DNA of 64,000 bases from Squalus acanthias (lineage: Eukaryota). A program made the translations under genes and the position numbers. The stretch spans positions 173,416,001-173,480,000 of the forward strand of contig CM059425.1 of assembly GCA_030390025.1 (NCBI GenBank), in the 5' to 3' direction. The notes below the pieces were generated by a model. The model was not told the origin of the DNA and searched no databases. It worked only from the letters and a program-made list of their open reading frames with translations. This document shows positions 34,987 through 48,344 of this stretch, in pieces (position 1 is the stretch's first letter; every line of letters starts with the position of its first letter).

Positions 34987-37900
34987 ATTAATAATCTGGA
35001 ATTGGGTATACAAGGCATAATTTCAAAGTTTGAAGATGACACAAAACTCAGGAAATGTAGTAAACAGTGAGGAGGACAGTAACAGACTTCAGGAGGACAT
35101 AGACTGGTGAAATGGGCAGACACGTGGCAGATGCAATTTAACGCAGGGATGTGGGAATTGATGCATTTTGGTAGGAAGAATGAGGAAAGGCAATATAAAC
35201 TAAATGGTACAATTTTAAAGGGGGTGCAGGAACAGAGAGACCTGGGGTTGTACGTAGACAAATCTTTGAAGGTGGCAGGACAAGTTGAGAAGGCTGTTAA
35301 AAGCACACTGTATAAACAGAGGCATAGAGTACAAAAGCAATGAAGTTATGTTAAAACATTATAAATCACTGGTTAGGCCCCAGCTGTATTGTGTCGAATT
35401 CTGGGCACCACACTTTAGGAAGGATTTCAAGGCCTCAAAGAGGGTGCAGAGGGGATTTACTAGAATAGTACCAGGGATGCAGAACTTCAGTTATTAGAGA
35501 AGCTGGGGTTGCTCTCCTTAGAGCAGAGAATGTTAAGGGGAGATTTAATAGAAGTGGTCAAAATTATGAGGGGTTTTGATAGAGTAAACAAAGCGAATCT
35601 GTTTCCAGTGGCAGAAGGGTCGGTAACCAAAGGACACAGATTTAATTTAATTGGCAAAATAACCAGAGTCGAGATGAGGAGAATTTCTTTTACACAGCGG
35701 GTTATGTTCTCGAATACACTGCCTGAAAGGCTGGTAGAAGCAGATTCAATCATAACTTTCAAAAGGGAATTGGATAAATACTTGAAGGGGAAATATTTAC
35801 AGGGCAATGAGGAAAGGGCAGGGGAATGGGACTAATTGCATAGATTTTCCAAAGAGCCGGCACAGGCAAATGGTTATATCATTCTATCATTGTATGATGT
35901 TGAACTACATAACCAAAACAGAGGAAGTAGTGATCAAACTGTATAGTATTGTAAACAGCACACCTTCTAAACTGTGTCCAGCTCTGGTCACCAAGAAACA
36001 TTCAAATGCTGGAGGCGTGCAGAGAAGAACCATGAAGCTGATCCCCAGCATCAGGGGTCTGAGTTATCAGGAACGAATGGAAAGAAAGCAACTGAGAGTT
36101 GATCTTTTAGAGCTATATATGAATGTTATGGTGTAGATAAAGTTAACCCAGAAATTTACTTTCAATTAAACGATGGGCCTGGAACTAGTGGACATGGGTT
36201 CAATCTAGAGAAGGGTAATTTAGAACAGATATCAGGAATTTTTTGTTCACATAATGAGTGTTCAACATCTGAACTAAACTTTAAGTTAGAATAGTGGAGG
36301 CAAAAAGCCTGGAATCATTTAAGGTGCATTATTCTTTTAAATCAGAGGTCCTTCAAGACTAGCAATAGCCCTTGTGCCAGATAATGTGAGTTGGCAGAGT
36401 GGTTTTGAGTAAAGAAAATGCTTGAGTGTTTGCAGAGGTTGCCCTTAACAGAAGTGAGTTTTCCAAACACCCAGATGCTGGGTGGGAACTGAACATGCTG
36501 ATGAGGTCCAGTGGCTAAAATCGTCATGGGCTCTTGCTGCTGCCGGGCAGGCAGAAAATTAACCACCGGAAACCCACTGGGAATTAAAATCCATCCCACA
36601 GTGTTAAAATAGGGACTAAAAAGAGGTCATATTTGAGTTAGTATTTGGCAATAAGATCAAAATGGGGAAAATAGAGAAGTAGGACATCACTGGAACACAA
36701 GTGATCATACTGGATTGAAGTGAATGGTGCTAAAATGAATGTACCAGGGAAGCTTTAAAACCAGCAGGTTTAAGTAGAGAGAATAAGTTGGGGAAATATT
36801 AGAGAGAAATACTGAATGACAATGGAATGCTTTTAAAGATTTTTGTAGAGGATGCCATTTAAAACTCTTCTTCTTTTCCTCCATCACTCCCCTCCTCCAG
36901 AACTTCAGGGATAGGCTGGGCTGCTGGCAGTTCTTGGGTATCTGAAAGGAGAAATGCACAAGGGTCGGGTTGTGGTGAGGGGAGCGGGTGGAAAGCAAGA
37001 TATCCATGCTTACACCATCAGCAGCTTGTAAGTGAGAAGAGATTGTGGGATGAGGGGGAAGTGGGATGTGAGAAGTAGAATTAGGTATGAGCATACCATC
37101 ATCATCAGCAATGCTTTCCACTTCTCCACTTGCCATGGACTCTGTGACGGCCCCTCCAATTATTTTGAGCACTGTGTCCTCCAGGTTCATGATGTTCTCA
37201 ATTCTGGCTTGCCCTCCACCCATCTACTGGTGCTCCTGGCAGTAATGTGCCACCTTGGCCTGCAAGTGAAAGGGAAGTATGTCAGTGAGTGTAGTGCAAT
37301 GTAGTTGGGTGATGTGCCTGCCATGGTTGAATAGCTGGCAGTGTTTGCAAGGTGTGAGATGTGGGTGTGAGTCTTGCTGCAGTGGTAAGTGTGTGAGGGT
37401 GCAGTGAAGCTATGATTGTGAGGTTTGAGTGGTGATTGCTAGAGATTGTTGATAAGTGAGTGATGGGGGTGTGATGCATTGAGCCGTGTGTGAGGCTTGT
37501 GGTGCAGAGAGTGGGATATGGCATTTGATGATGCATTCACTCACCTTGACCGCTCGTGTGAGGCCATTAAACTTTTTGCAGCATGGCTAGAGCAATCTTC
37601 TCCCAGAGCCCTCTGGTGCTCAGCCTTGAAGTCCTCCTTCCCCCTGCGGGTAGTGGACCTCACAATGTCTTTGGACCCCCAGTACCAAGGCCTCCAGTGC
37701 TGTATCGGAAACTCTTCTTGCCCTTTCTCTCAGCCGTTGGGCCCTGGCTATGTTCAGACTGACAATGAGGTGCTTCTGCAACAAAGCACCTCCCGTTTAA
37801 TTAGTGCAGAGAGCCCCGGCCAAACTTTATTGGCCAGTAGACTGCACCCGATATTGGCCTCCTGTTGAGCGCTAAGCCAATCAGCAGCGCGTTTAGTGCT

Positions 37901-40410
37901 GAGATCAGCACTGCAACCATATAAATGAACAGGCAGCATGAATTTTGGGTGCTGCCTGCATCACTTTGAACGACCGCAGGCAAATAGCGCTGTGCGATGC
38001 CCCCGCTCGTCTTCGCGCCGTATCCAATTTCTAGGCCTAAAACTTGTTGCTGTTCATCCAATGATCCTGTCACTATCCTATTCTCCTCTTTCATAATACG
38101 TTTTAATGGCTTTTGCATGGCTTTATCATGTTCCCACATGCTTTCTCTATCTATCCTGTTCCAAGCGGCCGTCTCTGCTGTAGCCCCGATACCCAACCAA
38201 TCAGTTCTATCCAGTTTCCCTCTCTGTCTACTGGGGTGCGTGGTGTTAGCCCTCGGAGCTGCATCTATATCTCGACCTGAATTTCTCTCTGTAAACTGTC
38301 TAAGTTTTTCGGACATTACCTGTTGGTAAAATCTCTCATATGTTTTATTACACAATCCTGATAGCAAAGCAATTTTTGAAAATCAAACAGAGCAGTGAAG
38401 ATTTCAAATCTCCTATCGTTGTATGAGGTCTGATTGCAAGCATAAAATATATAATCGCTTGACTAAAGCGCTGCTACAATATCAGTAAATAATTTATTTT
38501 AAAGAATAATCCCTTTAACTGAGACACACCCTGGAAAAAAAATGCTAGACTAGCTCTCCTAAGATTTCCCTTTCTCTCCCTCCCTCCTGGACCTGGCTAG
38601 CAGCCAGCAAAACACGAGAGACTACAGATCTCACTCTCTCTCTTTTGGAGCTGGTAATCAACAGCGTGTTTTGAAATGAACCCTTTCAATCCCACACACA
38701 GATGTACGTAGGGAATTTCCAACTCCAAATCCTTCGCTTTGTGTTTTTAATGGTTTTCACCTATTCACTTATTCCCTCAGGTAAGGAGGGTTCAGAATGT
38801 TGGAACTCCCATCATCCTTTAATCAAAGCAGCCAATTCCAAGCTCTAGGTTTTCTGTGTCAGTCTCTTAATTAATCATTTGAACCAACACACTGTACCAA
38901 TTAGAACTATGAGGGCAATTATCTGGGCTATGACAAAACCGATTGATATTATTCTAGCCCATAGGTGCTGCTCTGTGTTGTAAACCATCTCCCACCATGC
39001 ATGATTCCCAAGGGTAGATGTTCCCTTTTTAATGTCAGCTTTACGGTGTTTCATATGCATGTCAGTCTTTCAATATTAGAGATTTTAAACTACATATTGG
39101 CCCGGAATTGGCCTCTGAAATGGACCACAACTTCAGAATTTAGCGCATGTGCATCTAAATGCGGAAATCCTGAAATTGTGGTCAGCCATTCACTGCTCCG
39201 ACACTGGCTGCGCTGTGGACCCCACCCCCCCGGCCGGCAATCAGTCTAATCAGCAAAATCAGTGAAACTGATGAAAACTCAGGCTTTTCCACAGTAATAT
39301 CGCTGTTAAATGCCAAATTAAAAGTTAAGCCTTGTTGGACTAGGTGTAACTGGGGTTTTAACAGCTTATTGACTGGTAAACAAATGTTCTGGTCCTGAAA
39401 ATCTAATTTTTCTATTTGTGTAGTGTCAAATTTCTCCACTATGATAGAAATTACAATTTTTTTTTTTAATTACATTTTTTTAATAGTTTGTTTGTGATAT
39501 TTCACCTTCTACCTTATCCCCATGGTGAAATTCCCAATCTTTATTTCGCTCTCTGTAACATTTTTCAAAAGTGCGGATAAAAGCAGCTTTTCAGTTCCTG
39601 GTTTCCTGTCTGTGAGAATTCTTCAATGTGATTGGCTGCTAGATAGCTTGTTGACGTCACTGCAGCATCGCCATAGGAATCCACTATTCACAGTGCTGCA
39701 ATCAATTACATGTCAAAAACTACAAACTTCACGCCACAGGGATCGCGAGATCTCTGTGGGCAGCTTTCTTCGGGGCCAGTGGCGAGCGACTTTACTTCGC
39801 CGCTGACCACAAAGTACTGGCCAATATCTTTAAAACATAGACTAAACGTTCCCACTTGGTCCAAGTTATTAACACATTTTGTTTGTTTATTTTACTTAAC
39901 CAAAACTCTTCTTGGACCTTTTATTTCTCAAAATAACCCACTATGTTGAATCTGAGTCCATTTTATCATTTCAAAATTAACCCAAATCCAAAGAGCGGTA
40001 TTGTTAGACTGACAGGACTTGTCAATGTTCAATCTTATTCCCCCCAAAAGCTTTCTTCCTTGATACATTATTGCCTTAAACCTCAGATACATTTTCCCTT
40101 TTCGACTGCTTGAAACAGCAACTCATGTCAATTTATCTTATCAATTCAAATTCCAGAAACAAATGATGCGCAGGCTTGTTGGTTTTTCAGTAGAAATAGA
40201 AATGCTTGCAATTACTTTTGGAGGTAACTCCAATATCTCTCCCCCCCACCCCGCCCGCCACACGCCAACCCACCACCCCAAACTTAAACTTAAAATTCAA
40301 TAATGCCGAACATATGGTTACATTCAGCATTGCAAAAGTTGTTGCTGGGTGAATTAAAACAGCTGTCAGTGGAAAGAGATAACAGAGATAATGATCTCGA
40401 TAAGGGAACT

Positions 40411-42170
40411 ACATAAGAACATAAGAACATAAGAAATAGGAGCAGGAGTAGACCAATCGGCCCCTCGAGCCTGCTCCGCCATTCAATGAGATCATGGCTG
40501 ATCTGATCCAACCTCAACTCTAAAGAACACAAGAAGTAGGAGCAGGACCAGGCCACTCGGCCCCTGGGCCCGCTCCGCCACCCACAGGGCCTTGACCGAT
40601 CCGAACTCAAACTCATGTCCAATTTCCAGCCCGCTCCCCGTAACCCCTGATTCCCTTTACTTCTAGGAAACGGTCTATTTCTGTTTTAAATTTATTTAAT
40701 GAAGTAGCTTCCACAGCTTCCTGGGGTAGCAAATTCCACAGACCCACTACCCTCTGAGTGAAAAAGTTTCTCCTCATCTCAGTTTTGAAAGAGGAGCCCC
40801 TTATTCTAAGATTATGTCCCCTAGTTCTAGTTTCACCCATCATTGGGAACATCCTCACCGCGTCCACCCGATCAAGCCCCTTCACAATCTTATATGTTTC
40901 AATAAGATCGCCTCTCATTCTTCTGAACTCCAATGAGTCGAGTCCCAATCTACTCAACCTCTCCTCGTATGTCCACCCCCTCATCCCCGGAATTAACCGA
41001 GTGAACCTTCTTTGTACTGCCTCGAGAGCAAGTATGTCTTTTCTTAAGTATGGACACCAAAACTGTATGCAGTACTCCAGGTGCGGTCTCACCAATACCC
41101 TATACAACTGCAGCAATACCTCCCTGTTTTTATATTCTATCCCCCTAGCAATAAAAGCCAACATTCCATTGGCTTTCTTGATCACCTGCTGCACCTGCAT
41201 ACTAACTTTTTGATTTTCTTGCACCAAGACCCCCAGATCCCTTTGTACTGCAGTACTTTCCAGTTTCTCGCCATTAAGATAATAACTTGTTCTCTGATTT
41301 TTCCTGCCAAAGTGCATAACCTCACATTTTCCAATATTGTATTGCATCTGCCAAATCTCTGCCCACTCACCCAGCCTGTCTATATCCCCTTGTAGGTTTT
41401 TTATGTCCTCCTCACTCTCTACTTTCCCTCCCATCTTTGTATCATCTGCAAACTTTGATATGTTACACTCGGTCCCCTCCTCCAAATCGTTAATATAGAT
41501 TGTAAAGAGTTGGGGACCCAGCACCGACCCCTGCGGAACACCACTGGCTACTGGTTGCCAGCTCGAGAATGAACCATTTATCCCAACTCTCTGCTTCCTG
41601 TTAGATAACCAATCCTCCACCCATGCCAGAATATTACCCCCAATCCAGTGATTTTTTATCTTGAGTAATAATCTTTTATGTGGCACCTTGTCGAATGCCT
41701 TCTGGAAGTCTAAATACACTACATCCACTGGTTCCCCTTTATCCACCCTGTACGTTATGTCCTCAAAGAACTCGAGCAAATTTGTCAGACATGACTTCCC
41801 CTTCATAAAGCCATGCTGACTTTGTCCTATTAAATTATGTTTATCTAAATGTTCCGTTACTGTCTCCTTAATAATAGACTCCAAAATTTTACCCACCACA
41901 GATGTTAGGCTAACTGGTCTATAATTTCCAGCCTTCTGCCTACAACCCTTTTTAAATAAGGGTGTTACATTAGCAGTTTTCCAATCTGCCGGGACCTTTG
42001 CTGAGTTCAGGGAGTTTTGGAAAATTATTACCAAAGCATCCACAATTCCTACTGCCACTTCCCTCAAGACCCTAGGATGTAAGCCATCAGGTCCAGGGGA
42101 TTTATCCGCCTTGAGTCCCATTATTTTACTGAGTACCAATTCCTTAGTGATTTTAATCGTATTTAGCTCC
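40411..42170 (-). mobile_element. Young 5'-truncated CR1 with an uninterrupted 508-aa RT/C-terminal ORF
   Basis: ORF 40613-42139 with [38 protein letters not shown]; (cataagaa)3 tail. Confidence 0.95.
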
Positions 42171-43122
42171 TAAATGTAATATCTCCAAGTTTGCAGATGA
42201 CACAAAGCTGGGTGGGCGTGTGTGCTGCGAGGAGGATACCGAGAAACTCCAGGATGATTTGGACAGGTTGGGTGAGTGGACAGAAGCGTGGCAGATGCAA
42301 TATAACGTGGATAAATGCGAGGTTATCCACTTTGGTGTCAAAAACAGAAAGGCAGACTATTATCTGAATGGCAATAGATTGGGAGAAGGGGAAGTGCAAC
42401 GAGACCTGGGTGTCCTTGTGCACCAGTCGCTGAAGGTAAGCATGCAGGTGCAGCAGGCGGTGAAGAAGGCAAATGGTATGTTGGCCTTCATAGCGAAAGG
42501 GTTTGAGTATAGGAACAGGGATGTCCTGCTGCAGTTGTACAGGGCCTTGGTGAGACCACACCTTGAGTACTGTGTGCAGTTTTGGTCGCCTTATCTGAGG
42601 AAGGATGTTCTTGCCATGGAAGGAGTTCAGCGAAGATTCACAAGGCTGATACCTGGGATGGCAGGAATGACATATGAGGAGAGATTGGGTCGATTGTGCT
42701 TATACTTGCTGGAGTATAGAAGAATGAGAGGGGATCTCATCGAAACATATAAAATTCTGACAGGTCTGGACAAACTAGATGCAGGAAGAATGTTCCCGAT
42801 GATCGGAGAGTCCAGAACCAGGGGTCATAATCTAAGGATAAGGGGTAAGCCATTTAGGACAGAAATGAGGAAGAATTTCTTCACCCAGAGAGTGGTGAAC
42901 CTGTGGAATTCTCAACCACAGAAGGTAGTTGAGGCCAAGTCATTAAATATATTCAAGAATGAGTTAGATATATTTCTTAAAGCTAAAGGTATTAAGGGAT
43001 ATGGGGAGAAGGCAGGTACAGGGTACTGAGTTTGGATGATCAGCCATGATCTCATCGAATGGCGGAGCAGGCTCGAGGGGCCGAATGGCCTACTCCTGCT
43101 CCTATCTTCTATGTTTCTATGT
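42171..43122 (+). mobile_element. 5'-truncated CR1, head-to-head with 40411-42170
   Basis: ORF 42220-43029; 3'UTR hairpin and ttctatgtttctatgt tail. Confidence 0.92.
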
Positions 43123-44094
43123 AACATCTTTGCATGACGGAGCGAGATATCATCAGGCTCATGCACTTAAGTCATCTCATGTAAATTTTTTAAAAAGCTG
43201 CAGGAAGAAAAAGAATCAAATTCCATTTTACTTTTGTTTTTTTAATAAGGTTTTGTGTCATTAAAACTTGCACAAATACAATTCAATTCTGGATTAATTT
43301 TAAACACATTCTAGTCAGGGAAGACAGCAGTTTTCAGAGTAAACTCCTATTGTTTTTGGTCATTTTTAACTGACCACAGTCAATCACAAGATCAAATCGT
43401 GCTGTCACTTTGGTGACAGCTATCACATTCCAGTACTACCAAGATTATTAAGCAAGCACTTCACATCATACAAACTTTTAACAACAATACTCACGCTCTC
43501 TGAAACTCAACACAACTCCAAACATATCAATTATACTCCTTATCCATCTCAAATCATTAAACATTTAAGAAATTCAAATTTGGCCTTTTTATATATATGT
43601 GTGTAGTCTCATGTCCGGAATTAGAGACCTCCACATAATCTACAATAACCAGAATTTCACTGTGGCCACAATAAAAGTCTATTTTTCACAATTTAATAGG
43701 TTAGTTAACCTCAATAACTCCAATTTAATTCAGCCCAATATCTTAAGCTAACACAATACAGAACAGATAAAATTAGCACAAGCTTACAGAAATCCAGTAA
43801 ATTACATCATCTTACTTTTTGTTCTTTCGTCAGGCACCTGAATGACTGTAATAAAAACTGAAGAAAAAGTTACCCTTCACAACTAAACAAAATCTGTGTA
43901 AAATTCTTACACATTGAAAAAGAGTGCAAAGCCACTGCAGTGGCACCGAAACATTCACATCGGCTTTTTAAAGAAACAGTACACTGTAAACTAAAGAATT
44001 CCTGCAGTTTGTAATTGTAGAAAAGGTACAGAATCTTCCCCTTTCTCCTTCTTTATTCCATCATAGACAAATTTTTCTCTCAAACCAATTCTGA

Positions 44095-44800
44095 TGTTTG
44101 CTACTTGAAGCAGTCATTAATAATGGCATTCACGGTCTGATCCATACAAGGCCATCACATCTGCTGCATTAGCCTTTGAGCCAGGCTGTCACCCTTCTGG
44201 TGCCCACTAGAGGTGGGAGCCCAACGGTCCACCTCATTATGAATTGACTGCAGGACCACCCATTTGCCCTGCTAAAATAACAAGTTATCTGCAAAATAAA
44301 AACAGGAAATGCTGGAAACACTCGGCAGGTCAGGCACCATCTGTGGTGAGAGAAACAAAGTTAACGTTTCAGGTCAATGACTTTTCATCAGAAGTTATCT
44401 GTAAAATTGTCTTTTCTGTTAAAGGCATCTTTAGGCCATGAGTCCTCATCTTTGATGGTGGCCTGGACTGATATAATTCAAGGGTCCTCACCCTGCACCC
44501 CTGCAGGATCTAAAAGGGGTGTTTCACTTTGAACTTTATCTGGCCCTGCCAGGCTACAAGTGGTTCCAACACTTTTAGGGCAATCTCAAACTTCTTGACT
44601 AGATGATCTGCCTTACCATTCTCGCTGGCCCAAGGGGTGATTTTAGAATGGGCTCGGACTTTGACCACCCCTAAGGTCTATTACCTCCTCTCAGCCTCTG
44701 CCAGAATCCACTGGATCAGTCCTGCCAAATGAAACATTTTGCTGTCCCCAGAGGTTAATCCTGCTTTATTCCAAATTACTTCTTCCTTGTCAAAACATTT
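44095..44800 (-). pseudogene. Decayed LTR-retroelement/ERV pol: retrovirus-type RNase H C-terminus plus integrase HHCC finger
   Basis: Hand translation: WNKAGLTSGDSK...LIQWIL...VVKVRAHSK...ENGKADHLVK (44800-44590) and IHNE...PTSSGHQK...RLMQQM*WPCMDQTVNAIINDCFK*Q (44262-44095). Confidence 0.7.
44292..44391 (-). mobile_element. Solo Penelope pLTR fragment with a degenerate hammerhead motif
   Basis: Reverse strand CUGAUGA-A-AAGUC-AUU-GACCU-GAA-ACGU-UAACU plus tail homologous to 22280-22375; flanked by aagttatctg(c/t)aaaat direct repeat. Confidence 0.75.
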
Positions 44801-47800
44801 GAGGGTGGGGAGGAGACAATCACAATAGCAGGTCTCAGTCTTGCAGTAACCAAATTAAGAAAACAGTCCTTTCTAAACGTGCAAATTGATTTAAATCAAA
44901 ACCACACGTCTTTAATATAAACTGCATAAAGTAATAGCAGTTTTTAGCTGTATTCCAATTAAAGCAAAGTGCTTTGAAGAAGTTCAAATTGATTTACAAG
45001 ACAACATCATACAACTGTAATTTGTAGTTCCTCAAGGCTGCATTTTATCTTTTTTTTGTAAAACAAACTCTGTGCTATTCACAGTTGCACAAGTAAACAA
45101 AATAAATCCACACCAACATCTTTAATTTCGGAACATAGGAACAGGAGTAGGCCATTCAGTCCCTCGAGCCTGTTCCGCCATTCAGTGAGATCATGGCTGA
45201 TCTGCGACCTAACTCCATATACCCGCCTTTGGTCCATATCCCTTAATACCTTTGGTTAACAAAAAGCTATCAATCTCCGATTTAAAATTAACAATTGATT
45301 TAGCATCAATTGCCTTTTGTGGAAGAGAGTTCCAAACTTCTACCACCCATTGTGTGTAGAAGTGTTTCCTAATTTCACTCCTGAAAGGTCTGGCTCTAAT
45401 TTTTAGACTATGCCCCCTAGTCCGAGAATCCCCAACCAGCAGAAATAGTTTCTCTCAATCTACCCTATCTGTTCCCCTTAATATTTTGAAAACTTCGATC
45501 ATAACCTTCTAAATTCTAGGAAATACAACCCTAATTTGTGTAATCTCTCCTCATAAATTAACCCTTGATCCAGGTATCATTCTGGTAAACCTACACTGTA
45601 CTCCCTCCAAGGCCATTATATCCTTCCTAAGGTGTGGTGCCCAGAAATGCTCACAGTACTCCAGGTGTGGTCTAACCAGGGTTTTGCTGCAACATAACTT
45701 CTACCCGCTTGTTTTCTGGTCCTCTAGATATAAAGGCCAGCATTCCATTAGCCTTTTTGATCATTTTCTGTACCTGTTCATGACATTTTAATGATCTATG
45801 TACCTGGACCCCCAAGTCTCTTTGGACCTCCACTGTTTTTAGCTTTTCACCATTTAGAAAGTACCCTGTTCTATCCTTTTTAGGTCCAAAGTGGATGACA
45901 TCACATTTGCCAACATTGAAATCCATTTGCCACAATTTGCCCATTCACTTAATCTATCGATAGCCCTTTGTAATTTTATGCTTCCATCTACACTGCCTAC
46001 AATGCTGTCTATCTTTGTGTCATCAGCAAATTTGGATATATGACTTTCTATGCCATCATCTAAGTCGTTAATAAATACTGTGAATAGTTGAGGCCCCAAC
46101 ACAGATCCCTGCAGGACACCACTGGTCACCTCCTGCCAATTTGAGTACCTACCCATTATCCCTCCTGCCTGTCTCCTGCCGCTCAGCCAATTTCCTAACC
46201 AGGTCAATAATTTGCCCTCAATTCGTGGGATTCTACCTTAGTTAACAGTCTCTTATGTGGGACTTTATCAAATGCCTTCTGGAAGTCCATATAAATAACA
46301 TCCATAGGCATTCCCCTGTCCACTACTTTAGTCACCTCTTCAAAAAATTCAATCAGGTTTGTCAGGCATGACCTGCCTTTCACAAATCCATGCTGGCTCT
46401 CTCTGATTAACTGAAAATTTTTGAGGTGTTCAGTCACCCTATCCTTAATTATAGACTCTAGCAATTTCCCAATAACAGATATTAGGCTAACTGGCCTATA
46501 ATTCCCTGGTTTCCCTCTCTCGCCATTCTTAAATAGCGGAGTGACATGCACAATTTAAGGAACGGATCCTGAATCAAGAGAACTTTGAAGATTATAGTTA
46601 GGGCATCTGCAATGTGCTCACCTATTTCCTTTAAAACCCTGGGATGGAAACCATCTGGTCCTGGGGATTTGTCACTCTTTAATGCCATTATTTTCTTCAT
46701 TTCTGTTATTTTACTTATGTTAATTTTATTGAGTCCCTGTCCCTGATTGAATATTAGTTTCCTTGGGATATCTGGCATGCTATCCTCTTCTGCTACTGTA
46801 AATACTGATGCAAAGTAATTATTCAACATGTCCGCCAGTTCCTTATCATTGATAATATCACCGCTTTCAGTTTTTAAGGGGCCAACATTGCTCCTGACTA
46901 CCCTCTTTTTCCTGATAGCATTGTAAAAATTCTGTGTGTTGATTTTGATATCCCTTGCAACTTTCCTTTCATGCTCCCTTTTTGTAGCTCTTACTATCTG
47001 TTTTGTGACCCTTTGCTGTTCTTTGTACCTTTCCCATTCACCAGGATCTGTACTATTTTTTGCATTTTGTATGCTTTTTCTTCTAGTTTTATGCTGTCCC
47101 TCACCTCTTTAGTCATCCATGGCTGTTTTTTTGGCAAGTAGAGCTCTTGCCCCTCAGGGGTATAAACTGGTTCTGTATCACCTTAAATTCTTTTTTGAAC
47201 ATCTTCTACTGACCTTCTGTCGTTTTACCCATTAACAGATTTGCCCAGTTTACTGTGGACAGTCTCTGTCTCATCTCGTTGAAGTCGGCCTTACCCAAAT
47301 CTAAAATCTTAGTAGCTGTTTCGCATTTCTCCCTTTCAAACGCTATGTTGAACTCGTTCACACACAGTTAGATTGTTGACTAAATCTGGCTCATTACTCA
47401 TTACTAAATCTAATATGGCAGCCCCCTTGTTGCCGCTAGGACATAGTGTTGTAGAAAGCTATCCCGGACACACTCAAGAAATTCACTACCTTTCTGACAG
47501 GTGCTAGTCTGCTTATCCCAATCTATATGAAAGTTAAAATCCCTCATTAAAACCACTCTGCCTTTGCTATGCGCTCGTCTAATCTCTGCATTTATACAAT
47601 CTAGCACTTCACAGCTGCTACCAGGGGGCCTATACACAACTTCCACTACAGTCTTAACTCCTTTCCTATTTCTTAATACTACCCATAAAGTCTCCACGGC
47701 CTGCTTACCTCTCGTTATATCCTCTCTTATCATTGAAGTGATTTCATCCTTAATCACTAAGGCTACTCCTCCCCCTCTACCATTTTCCCTATCGTTCCTG

Positions 47801-47857
47801 TAGACCTTATAACCTGGTATATTTAGTTCCCAGTCCTGACTGTCTTGCAGCCATGTT

Positions 47858-48344
47858 CTGCACTCATGAAGACGGTCTCAATCGGGATCTTGGGTTTATG
47901 TCACGATACATGACGTGATCCGGACTCGAGTCGTCGTTAGCTTGTTCACAGATGTGATTCCCAGTAAAAAAGTAAAAATTTTCCCAGTAAAAAAGTAAAT
48001 TTTTTTTTTTTTAAAGCTTTTCGTTTTACATACAGACGGCAGCTTTTGACACGTTAGAACCCCTGCGACTTCACCTCATTGTCTCAGTTGTATCTTGCTA
48101 TGTCTTTTGATGTGGTACCTTCCTGGCTGACTTAATTAACTTTATCACACCTCGGCAGATAGTCAGGATGATTTAATTTATTGGTCTGCAATTGTAAAGT
48201 ACACATGCTTTTTTTTCCATCTATATATGCTCTGACGATTCTGTATCCAATTTACTTCACCTGAGGAAGGAGCGATAGTTCCGAAAGCTTGTGATTTCAA
48301 ATAAAACTGTTGGACTATAACCTGGTGTTGTGCGACCTCTCAAT
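47858..48344 (+). mobile_element. Second-family Penelope-like 3' fragment
   Basis: Starts THEDGLNRDLGFMSRYMT* (GIY-YIG C-terminal GLN motif); carries a hammerhead; interrupts CR1 at cagccatgt|tcagtaatgg. Confidence 0.8.
48257..48294 (+). ncRNA. Minimal type I hammerhead ribozyme motif
   Basis: UCAC-CUGAGGA-A-GGAGC-GAUA-GUUCC-GAA-AGCU-U-GUGA. Confidence 0.8.

Larger units (their letters stand above)
32883..42499 (+). repeat. Tandem segmental duplication, copy 2 (contains MITE-A 33143-33991, MITE-C 34242-34986, old Harbinger end to 38037, MITE-D 39099-39822)
   Basis: Colinear with 23353-32849. Confidence 0.97.

Noticed and set aside
40758..41395. Recurrent antisense ORFs over CR1 RT
   Set aside because: Shadow frames of the conserved ORF2; no independent support.
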